DNA of 64,000 nt from Promethearchaeota archaeon. GTDB taxonomy: Archaea; Asgardarchaeota; Lokiarchaeia; Sigyniarchaeales; SOKP01. The stretch's first letter is position 1. Every line of letters starts with the position of its first letter. The DNA lies in the NCBI GenBank assembly GCA_048941285.1, contig JBHLNS010000004.1, positions 64,001-128,000 of the forward strand, in the 5' to 3' direction. Under the pieces are notes generated by a model, which was given only the letters and a program-made list of their open reading frames with translations, had not been told where the DNA came from and ran no database searches. Shown piece by piece: positions 38,094 through 46,105 of the stretch. The position numbers and the translations under genes are program-made.

Positions 38094-38615
38094 TTGGTTA
38101 AAATGGAAGAATATAGAAGATTTACAGTTTCTCTTCCTCAAAATTTATATGATGAGTTTGAGGAATTTAGAAATAAGTTGGGAATTTCTAGATCTGATGC
38201 CATTAGAAAAGCTATGCATCTTTTTATGGTCCAGGAAGAAAATATTTCTGTAGCCTCAGAAAACGTAGTAGGATGCATAGCAATAATAATGGCTCATGAA
38301 CATGTCGACATTGATCATCAACACTCTCATGAAGAAATAGAAGACTCTGGTCATAATCATGATTATAGTTCAAGGTCTATTTATGCGAATGTTCAACAAA
38401 CAGATGAAATCTTAAAAATTGATATACAGCATCATTTTCACGATATTATTATTTCTACCATGCATGTCCATTTAGAATATAAAAAATGTTTAGAAATAAT
38501 TGCTTTATCAGGCCCATTTGAACGTGTAAAAAAGCTAAAAGACGATCTTCAGAAACTAAAAAGTGTGTTATCAATAGGCTTTTTTATTATTGACAAAGAC
38601 ATAACTGAAAAGTAA
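38094..38615 (+). CDS. nikR: Nickel-responsive regulator NikR with His-rich insertion
   Basis: RHH N-terminus RFTVSLP..L..EF......SRSDAIR; Ni ligands QH...HVH.....CLE; start probably ATG 38103. Confidence 0.9.
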   Translation: MVKMEEYRRFTVSLPQNLYDEFEEFRNKLGISRSDAIRKAMHLFMVQEENISVASENVVGCIAIIMAHEHVDIDHQHSHEEIEDSGHNHDYSSRSIYANVQQTDEILKIDIQHHFHDIIISTMHVHLEYKKCLEIIALSGPFERVKKLKDDLQKLKSVLSIGFFIIDKDITEK

Positions 38616-38872
38616 GGAAATAGGAATGAAGAAAGGAGAGAAATAAGAATAGAAAATTCCATTTTCTCAAGAAAGAGAATAAGGTATAAGGCGATTTGGG
38701 TCGGAATTTTTATTCTTTATTTTCTATTTGTGGGTTGTGTGTTCGTACTTAAAACATCCTCTTTTTATAATTTAAACATAAATGGAGTAACGAATTTGTA
38801 ATTTTTATTTGAAAATTTAAAAAATCTAATAAAATAAAGTAGGAAAAAAAAGTAAAACTTTTATTAAAAAGA

Positions 38873-39070
38873 TTATAAATCTTTTTCTTGGACTGTTTTT
38901 CGGTTATTAGCTTTCGCACGCCCAATTGCTTTGTCGAGAATGCCAATTATAGCATCATTAAGAGCTGGACCATCTATTAAATCTCCACTTGTATTACATC
39001 CTTTACCTTTAATATATTCTCGAACTTTACTTTTCACAAAAAGGGCCTCGACAGCTGCCTTTTTAGCCAT
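38873..39070 (-). CDS. Short histone-fold protein, alpha3-truncated (bacterial/face-to-face type)
   Basis: LFVKSKVREYIK..G.NTSGD...ILDKAI.RAKANNRKTVQEKDL; strong GGAGG motif upstream. Confidence 0.85.
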   Translation of the reverse strand: MAKKAAVEALFVKSKVREYIKGKGCNTSGDLIDGPALNDAIIGILDKAIGRAKANNRKTVQEKDL

Positions 39071-39323
39071 TTTTTTATTCCTCCTATAATGAGTTTAAAA
39101 TGTTATAAATAAATTATTTAATTATTATTCCGTCTTCCTTATTTTTAAACTTTAAGGTTAGATCATCTTATACGATGAATAACAACCTTCTAAATGCAAA
39201 TTTTGTAAAGTCAAAATTTTATAAAAACGAGAGTATATTTTAAAATCGATGATGAATTTAATGAGATATATTACTTTACTAATTGGACATAACAGATTTA
39301 ATTAAGAAATTCGGTACTTTTTA

Positions 39324-39662
39324 ATGAAAATTATTTCTCTTAATGGAAAATCGAAGTTTAAACCAGATCTTCATAAACTAGGGATGGAATACTGGTGATA
39401 CTTACCTAAAAACTATAATATAGATGATAATAATCTATTAGATATTGAGATCCCAAAGAGTTTTAATCTTCTTGAGAAATATGACAGTTTTGAGGGCATA
39501 TTTTGGCATTTTTATCAATTTGATATAAAAATACCAATAAATACAAGATTAGTTGGAAAAATTTTATGGATTATTTTATTCCTATTTTCATTTTTTATAT
39601 TTACTCGTTTGATTGATTACTTTCTCCATTATGTTGAGAAAAAACCAAGTTATATGATATAA
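39324..39662 (+). pseudogene. Relic of a GH2 (beta-galactosidase/glucuronidase) N-terminal sugar-binding domain
   Basis: Not in the ORF track. MKIISLNGKSKFKPD.HKLG.EYW*YLP...DIEIPKSFNL...Y..FEGIFWHFYQF with in-frame TGA at 39396-39398; similarity is lost after about 39525. Confidence 0.65.
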
Positions 39663-39729
39663 TTTTCCTTAAAAACTATATAAAACTTAAAAGTCTGCTC
39701 TTTTTATAGTTATTTTTTAACTTGATATC

Positions 39730-40533
39730 ATGGGAATACAAGATGGTATGCCTTTACCCTCAATGATCAAAAGATCATATGAGAATACAAATATTCACAA
39801 TTTATTTATATTTAACAGATCAGGTATCTGTTTTTATGGTAAAAATTTCACAGATTCTTTCCAAGTAGAGAAAAACCTAGTCTCCCCCTTTATTACTGCT
39901 TTAATGTCTTTTTCTAAGGAAATGATTGGAAAAAAATTTAAAACAATAAAAATGGGAGATGTTAAATTTGTCATTTTTGAAAAGGGGCTTATAAATTACA
40001 ATGTTTTATGTGATGCAATAGAAAATGAAATTTTCTTAGAGGAAGCAATAAATAAAATCAATAATCGAATTACAACATATTTACGTAAAAACAAAATTAA
40101 AATTGACGAGCAAATCGTATATGATGGTATATTTAATGAAATAATCGAGGAAACAATTGAAGATGCCTTTAGTAAAGAGTTCAACTTAAAAAATGAGGAG
40201 CAAATTATTCAATATATGAAAGAGTTAACATTAATTGATGAAATTGACGGGGCGATTCTCCTAACTGACAGGGGAAAAGTATTATACTCTTCCTATAATA
40301 AATTATATCTAAAAAATTTTTTAAAAGAAGTTGAATTTCGTGTCAAAATTTATAACAATTCTATTTTAAAGCTTTTTTATACATTTAAAGATAAAAGATT
40401 CATATTTTCAGAATATATTCAGAATAAATATTTAATAATTTTAGTTTTTAATTCTCATGTAAGGTTTGGAGTAGCTGAGCATTATTTAACTCGAATAGTA
40501 AATTCTGTCAAAAATTTACTTTCGAGTTCATAA
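39730..40533 (+). CDS. Longin-like plus roadblock/LAMTOR-like two-domain protein
   Basis: IHNLFIFNRSGICFY...LVSPFITALMSFSKEM...IKMGDVKFV (longin); EIDGAILLTDRGKVLYS...LIILVF....FGVA...L..IV..V (roadblock). Confidence 0.72.
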   Translation: MGIQDGMPLPSMIKRSYENTNIHNLFIFNRSGICFYGKNFTDSFQVEKNLVSPFITALMSFSKEMIGKKFKTIKMGDVKFVIFEKGLINYNVLCDAIENEIFLEEAINKINNRITTYLRKNKIKIDEQIVYDGIFNEIIEETIEDAFSKEFNLKNEEQIIQYMKELTLIDEIDGAILLTDRGKVLYSSYNKLYLKNFLKEVEFRVKIYNNSILKLFYTFKDKRFIFSEYIQNKYLIILVFNSHVRFGVAEHYLTRIVNSVKNLLSSS

Positions 40534-40686
40534 TAAAAAATTTGAATTAGATAATTTGCTTGACTTTTAAATTTTTAAATTGCTAAGACCTATTTTAATT
40601 TAAATCTAATTTATGATTTATAAAAACTAAATTAAAAAATTGCTATAAATACATCTAATTTGAAATTTGCATTAAAGTGAAAAATT

Positions 40687-41190
40687 ATGTCAAAAACAGA
40701 AAAAGGATTAAAAGAAGCATTTGCTGGAGAATCACAAGCAAACCGAAAATATCTCGCTTTTGCTGAACAAGCTGATAAAGAAGGATTCCCTCAAATAGCA
40801 AAAGTTTTTAGAGCTGCTGCCGCTGCTGAAACTGTTCATGCTCATAATCATCTTAGAGCCCTTGGAGGGGTCAAGTCTACAAAAGAAAATATCCATGAAG
40901 CAATAGAAGGTGAGCACTATGAATTCACAAAAATGTATCCTGAATTCCTTGAAGCTGCTAAGAAAGAGGGAAACAAAAATGCAGAGAGGACTTTTAATTA
41001 CGCGAATGAAGTAGAAAAAGTTCATCATAAACTATATAATTCAGCTCTAGAATCAATTCAGAAGGGTAAGGATTTAGAGAAAACTGACATATATATATGT
41101 CCCGTTTGCGGCTATACTCATGAAGGAGAACCACCAGATAAGTGCCCTGTTTGTGGCGCAGTTAAAAAAGTTTTTAAAAAAATAGAATAA
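40687..41190 (+). CDS. rbr: Rubrerythrin
   Basis: AFAGESQA..KY, AETVHA, GEHYE...MY, EKVH, C-terminal CPVCG...CPVCG. Confidence 0.95.
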   Translation: MSKTEKGLKEAFAGESQANRKYLAFAEQADKEGFPQIAKVFRAAAAAETVHAHNHLRALGGVKSTKENIHEAIEGEHYEFTKMYPEFLEAAKKEGNKNAERTFNYANEVEKVHHKLYNSALESIQKGKDLEKTDIYICPVCGYTHEGEPPDKCPVCGAVKKVFKKIE

Positions 41191-41224
41191 ACATTTTTTT
41201 CTTTTTTTTTTATATATTATAAAT

Positions 41225-42814
41225 CTAGAAAACCCAAGGGGTATAGCAATTTCTGATTTTTAATAGGTAATCATTAATAGAGAAATTCAATTCCTTTTCA
41301 GCCTTTTCAAGTGAAATTGGTGTGGCTCCATTATTATAATAATTTAAGATTAGATCAGAAATTTGTTGATTTCCTAAAGAAATGATCGTCTGAAGCCTAG
41401 CATTCTTAATAATAAATTTCATATTTTTAAATTTGAGTTTTATTGAGCTTATATTTTTTAACTCTCTCTCTAGTTTTTGATATTTTCCTATTAAAATATG
41501 CATATTTTCGTTTAAATAAAAAAATATTTCTTTCTCATAGGGAGTATTGAGTTTTGGAACAAAGGGATTAACATTTACTCTTAAAGAATTTCTCTCAAAG
41601 CCTAAATCATTTATCAGATTTAACAAATTGATAATATCATTAATATTTTCCTCGTTCTCCTCCGGCAAGCCAATTAAAAAATACAATTTTATATTCTTTA
41701 TTTGCGAATCCCTTATTCTAGTTAAAACTGAAATTATCTTTTCATCTGGTATCATTTTACCCAATGAATATCTTAAACTTTCAGAACCAGCTTCTGGGGC
41801 AATAGTTATAGTTTTAATATTTGCTTTTTCTAGTATTTGAATTAGTTCCGAATCTAAATGCTCAATCCGAATTGATGGAATTGTTAATCTTTTTCCTTGG
41901 GAAATTATCAGTTTACAAATTTCTTTAAATTTTGGGTGAGATGAAACACAAGAGCCTATAAGGCTAATCGTTTCGAAATTAGAAAATTTAATTCCATTTT
42001 CAATAGTTTGTTTAATATTTTCATAACTTCTATTTCTGAACGGAGAATTATGAAAAGAACTAATACAGAATTTGCAGCGATAAGGGCATCCTCTATTTAT
42101 TTCCAAAAAATAATTCTGCTCAAAAATCGATCTTTCTCCTGAAGATTTGGAAATTAATTGAAAAATAGGAGTAGGGGAATCATCAAGGTTTTTAAGAATT
42201 GCTCTTTTAATTTTATTCTTAATTGTTGGAATATAAATTCCTTCTAGTAACCCTACTCTATCCAAAAATTCTTTATGTGATAAATCATCATTCTTATAAC
42301 TTTTAAAGATTTTAAAAAAAGATTTCAGACTTTCTTCAGCATCACCAATGAATAAAATATCAAAAAAATTACTAAAAGGGATTGGATTTGAGGTGACTAC
42401 GGGGCCTCCTCCTAAAATGATTGGAAATTGGACATTATTCTCAATTAAAGCGTTAAAACGATCTTGTGAAGTTAGAGGAATCCCGGCTTTCTCTAATATC
42501 CATAATATGTTCTTAAAATCATTCTCAAAATGTATTGAGAAACCTAAAATATCAAATTCTTCTGGTAATATTTTATTTTCAAGTGATCGTAAATTATTTT
42601 TTGTATTATAGTCTTTCGAAGCAGGAAATCTCAAATTTATATTTTCCGGTAAAAAAATACGTTCACATGCAATATTTTCAAAAGAATTTATTAGGAAATA
42701 GAGAAGCCTAATGGTATATGAAGACATACCTAGTTTATGAGTGTTAGGATAAACTAAACCAAAAGAAAATTCAATTTTTCGCCAATCTTTAATTATTATG
42801 TTCTCAGTACTCAT
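41225..42814 (-). CDS. Radical SAM protein (B12-binding-like N-terminal domain)
   Basis: YPN...GMSS, GGP....NP, IGDAE, EINRGCPYRCKFC, PSIR, TIAPEAGSE.LR, YFLIGLP, PFVPK..TP. Confidence 0.88.
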   Translation of the reverse strand: MSTENIIIKDWRKIEFSFGLVYPNTHKLGMSSYTIRLLYFLINSFENIACERIFLPENINLRFPASKDYNTKNNLRSLENKILPEEFDILGFSIHFENDFKNILWILEKAGIPLTSQDRFNALIENNVQFPIILGGGPVVTSNPIPFSNFFDILFIGDAEESLKSFFKIFKSYKNDDLSHKEFLDRVGLLEGIYIPTIKNKIKRAILKNLDDSPTPIFQLISKSSGERSIFEQNYFLEINRGCPYRCKFCISSFHNSPFRNRSYENIKQTIENGIKFSNFETISLIGSCVSSHPKFKEICKLIISQGKRLTIPSIRIEHLDSELIQILEKANIKTITIAPEAGSESLRYSLGKMIPDEKIISVLTRIRDSQIKNIKLYFLIGLPEENEENINDIINLLNLINDLGFERNSLRVNVNPFVPKLNTPYEKEIFFYLNENMHILIGKYQKLERELKNISSIKLKFKNMKFIIKNARLQTIISLGNQQISDLILNYYNNGATPISLEKAEKELNFSINDYLLKIRNCYTPWVF

Positions 42815-42849
42815 ATAAAAAAACTTTGAAATAACTTATAAAATATTAA

Positions 42850-43656
42850 TCAATTATGAATATTTGAACCGCGTTCTGCCTTAATTCTTTTAATTTCTTT
42901 AACAATTAATGGTAAAATAGTTCCGGTTTTATTATTAATAACAATATCTGCACGATCATCTAAATATGTCGGTTCATCATTCACAATAATTAGTTTTCCT
43001 CCTTCACTCAGAGTATAGAGAGGTAAATCACAAATTGGTGCCACTGTGAGTGAAGAACCTGCTATTAGCATGACATCTGATTTCTTTGCTAAATCTACTG
43101 ACATATATTTTTCAAAATTTGGAAGACTTTCTCCAAACAATACTACTGATGGTTTTAAAGGAGCTCCACAGTAATTACAACCTGGGGTTTGCCTTTTTTC
43201 TTTTTTAATTTTACGCAGAATTTGTTCTTTAGTATAACTTGCACGACATCCTAAACACGTAAATCTATTAATATTTCCATGAACTTCATAAACAATAATG
43301 TTTCCCGCTTTTTGATGTAATTCATCTATATTTTGAGTAATAATAGCTTTAATTATATTTAATTTTTCAAGATCTGCGATAGCATAATGACCTGGATTTG
43401 GTTCCGCATTAAATAAAGTCGGAGCAATTTCTTCAGCCATTTTCCAGAATTTTGATGGATCGGCTAAGAAGGATTGAATACTTCCATATATCTTAGGTTT
43501 ATATTTTTTCCATATTCCACTATCTCCTCTAAAGTCTGGAATTCCAGATTCGGTTGAAATACCCGCTCCGGTTAATACTATCGCATATTTTGAATCGTAG
43601 AGCAACTCCGAAGCTTTCTTAATGCTTTCTTTCTCTTTCAGTTGTAAATTTTCCAT
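42850..43656 (-). CDS. cobB: Sir2-family NAD-dependent protein deacylase
   Basis: TGAGISTESGIPDFRG, PNPGH, ITQNIDELH, HGN, CxxC...CxxC, KPSVVLFGE, GSSL.V.P. Confidence 0.95.
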   Translation of the reverse strand: MENLQLKEKESIKKASELLYDSKYAIVLTGAGISTESGIPDFRGDSGIWKKYKPKIYGSIQSFLADPSKFWKMAEEIAPTLFNAEPNPGHYAIADLEKLNIIKAIITQNIDELHQKAGNIIVYEVHGNINRFTCLGCRASYTKEQILRKIKKEKRQTPGCNYCGAPLKPSVVLFGESLPNFEKYMSVDLAKKSDVMLIAGSSLTVAPICDLPLYTLSEGGKLIIVNDEPTYLDDRADIVINNKTGTILPLIVKEIKRIKAERGSNIHN

Positions 43657-43855
43657 TTTTTAGTCGAATAATGGTGTTTAAGTTTTTAATGTATTTAATT
43701 CTAATAAAATTTATACTTATAGTTTAAATCTTTATAATCTTCACGAAATTATCCACTTTTTATCAGATTAAATCAAAAAAGCTTAAAATATCAGATAATT
43801 TTTACTATAATAAGAGAAAATTAATTGATCTTCTACTTACTTAAAAACTTCCCTT

Positions 43856-44764
43856 ATGATCTCTTCTTTCAGTATTATCTTAGAGAATGATATACTCTAT
43901 TGTTCAGATGAAAAAAAATATAATGCGTTTGAGATAATTTTATTTACCGAGAAACTTTTACGCAGTATAAATCCTAAAAATACTTGGCGTTTAAGGAAAA
44001 TTTGTCTAAAGCACAAAAAGATTGGCAGAGAAAGGATTATCGTTGAACACATTGTCACAAAAGCAGGTCAAAATATATTCTTCTGCAGTATTGGGAATTT
44101 TAGTGTAGGATCAACTGAATCTTTTAAAATGCTTAAAGATTTCGCTAATCAGGTTCAAGTTCAATATAATGATTTAGATAGATTGAATTTTTCTGCTAAA
44201 GAACCTACATTCGAGGACGTTATTAAACTGATTACAGATTATTTAAGAGATAAATATTTAGATCCCCTAGAAGAAGAAATAATTTATGAAGAAGCTATAA
44301 ATAATGCGCAAAATATGATATTGTATGCAGGGATATCTGCTCAAGGATTACCAATAGTTTCTCAACTTTTTGATTCTAATCTTTTAAGAAATTTAAATAG
44401 AGATCAAACTAATGAAAATATTGAATTATATAGCTCAGATTTATCTGCTAAATTAGCTACAATTTCAATGAACACCCAAATCCGTGCGAAAACAAAAATT
44501 AAAGAAATACATATTGAAGATACTGAAAAACTGCTAGACAATAATAATAAAAAAATAATATTATTCGGAAATATAAATGGCTATTCAGTAGATTTTATCG
44601 CTACTGGTAATTTTTATAAAGTAAAAGCAATTTTTAAGCAATTAAAATCAAAGTTATCTTTGGATTCTGCATTTAGCGAAGAATTCAAAGGAGATTTAAG
44701 ACCTTTCAAACATTTAAAATATTATCTTGATGAAGTTGTAAAAGATTTTGATCAAATAAATTAA
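43856..44764 (+). CDS. Hypothetical protein, possible tandem longin-like domains
   Basis: Two beta-beta-alpha-beta-beta-beta-alpha-like units; the second reads ILYAGISAQGLPIVS...LSAKLATI...IKEIHIED...IILF. Confidence 0.5.
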   Translation: MISSFSIILENDILYCSDEKKYNAFEIILFTEKLLRSINPKNTWRLRKICLKHKKIGRERIIVEHIVTKAGQNIFFCSIGNFSVGSTESFKMLKDFANQVQVQYNDLDRLNFSAKEPTFEDVIKLITDYLRDKYLDPLEEEIIYEEAINNAQNMILYAGISAQGLPIVSQLFDSNLLRNLNRDQTNENIELYSSDLSAKLATISMNTQIRAKTKIKEIHIEDTEKLLDNNNKKIILFGNINGYSVDFIATGNFYKVKAIFKQLKSKLSLDSAFSEEFKGDLRPFKHLKYYLDEVVKDFDQIN

Positions 44765-44788
44765 ATATATATAGATTTAGATTTTTTT

Positions 44789-46081
44789 ATGAAAGCAGTA
44801 ATACTAGCCGCAGGAGTAGGTAAGAGATTAAGGCCGATAACCTCATCAAGGCCTAAACCAATGATCCCATTACTAGGAAAGCCCCTTCTAGAACATACTA
44901 TAATAGGACTTAAAAATGTGGGAATAGATCGATTCTTAATTGTTGTCGGTTATAAGCAAGAAATTATAAAAGAATACTTTGAGAAAAGCTCACAACAATT
45001 AAATGTTAAAATAGAATACATCACTCAGCATGAGTATTTAGGAACAGCCCACGCTACTGGTTATGCCAAAGATTTTGTTAAAGATGAAAGTTTTCTGATG
45101 ATGTATGGTGATTTATTTGTTGATCCTAAAATCTTTCAAGTAATATTAAACAAATTTAATGAAAATGATTATGAAGGATTAATCACATTAATGAAAGTAG
45201 TTAATCCCCAAGATTATGGGATTATCAAATTAAACTCTAAAGGTTTAGTTAAACAAATAATAGAAAAACCCCTTCACGAAAAACAAGTGGGAAATCTAGC
45301 GAATGCCGGAATATATCTATTTAAACCTTCGATTTTTAAAGCCATTGAAAGAACCCAAAAATCCACTAGGAATGAATACGAATTTACTGATTCTATGGAA
45401 ATATTAATCAATGAATTTGGTGGAAAAATTATTGGCTGTTCTATAAATGATTATTTCTGGAACGATATTGGATTACCATGGCAACTTTTTGATGCGAATA
45501 AGTATCTTTTAGATGGAATAGAACATCAAATTTTGGGAGAAATCGAAAAAAATGTTCAAATTCAAGGAAATGTCAATATCGGAAAGGGTACTATAGTAAG
45601 ATCAGGTTCCTATATTCAAGGTCCATGTTATATAGGTGAAAATAATCTCATCGGACCAAATGCATTTATACGACCTTATACATCTATTGAAAATAATTGT
45701 CATATTGGAATGTCTGAGCTAAAAAATTCAATCATTTTATCTAACACTTCCATTCCGCATTTTAATTATGTAGGTGATTCAATTTTATGCGAAAATATTA
45801 ATCTAGGGGCAGGTACTAAAATATCAAACCTTAGATTTGATAACAAAAATATAAAAATGAAAATTAATCAGAAAACAGTTGATTCGGGTAGAAGAAAACT
45901 AGGAGTAATAATTGGACCTAATTCTCAAACGGGAATTAATGTAAGTATAATGTGTGGTAAAAAGATAGGAGAAAACTCTATTATTGGAGCACACACACTC
46001 ATTAACGAAGATATACCCTCAAATTCTCTCTATTATCAAGATTCTAATGGAAATTTAAAAAAAGAAATCAATCCATTTTAA
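44789..46081 (+). CDS. glmU: Archaeal bifunctional sugar-1-phosphate nucleotidyltransferase/acetyltransferase (GlmU-like)
   Basis: LAAGVGKRLRP.T..RPKPM, LGTAHA, YGD, IEKP, NAGIY, RNEYEFTD, H.NYVGDS, NLGAGT..SNLRFD, GRRKLG. Confidence 0.9.
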   Translation: MKAVILAAGVGKRLRPITSSRPKPMIPLLGKPLLEHTIIGLKNVGIDRFLIVVGYKQEIIKEYFEKSSQQLNVKIEYITQHEYLGTAHATGYAKDFVKDESFLMMYGDLFVDPKIFQVILNKFNENDYEGLITLMKVVNPQDYGIIKLNSKGLVKQIIEKPLHEKQVGNLANAGIYLFKPSIFKAIERTQKSTRNEYEFTDSMEILINEFGGKIIGCSINDYFWNDIGLPWQLFDANKYLLDGIEHQILGEIEKNVQIQGNVNIGKGTIVRSGSYIQGPCYIGENNLIGPNAFIRPYTSIENNCHIGMSELKNSIILSNTSIPHFNYVGDSILCENINLGAGTKISNLRFDNKNIKMKINQKTVDSGRRKLGVIIGPNSQTGINVSIMCGKKIGENSIIGAHTLINEDIPSNSLYYQDSNGNLKKEINPF

Positions 46082-46105
46082 ATATATAGATGTGATTTTA
46101 TATTT

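Noticed and set aside
38625-38680. ATGA...AAA...GA arrangement after nikR as a eukaryote-like SECIS
   Set aside because: Helix II does not pair properly next to the putative quartet, and the neighbouring genes have no in-frame TGA
39396-39398. In-frame TGA as a possible selenocysteine codon (Lokiarchaeia encode Sec)
   Set aside because: The position corresponds to a Trp in the GH2 pattern, not a Cys; the gene is otherwise decayed and I saw no convincing SECIS
38873-43656. Functional link between the histone and the Sir2 deacylase
   Set aside because: They are 3.8 kb apart with unrelated genes between; proximity alone is not evidence
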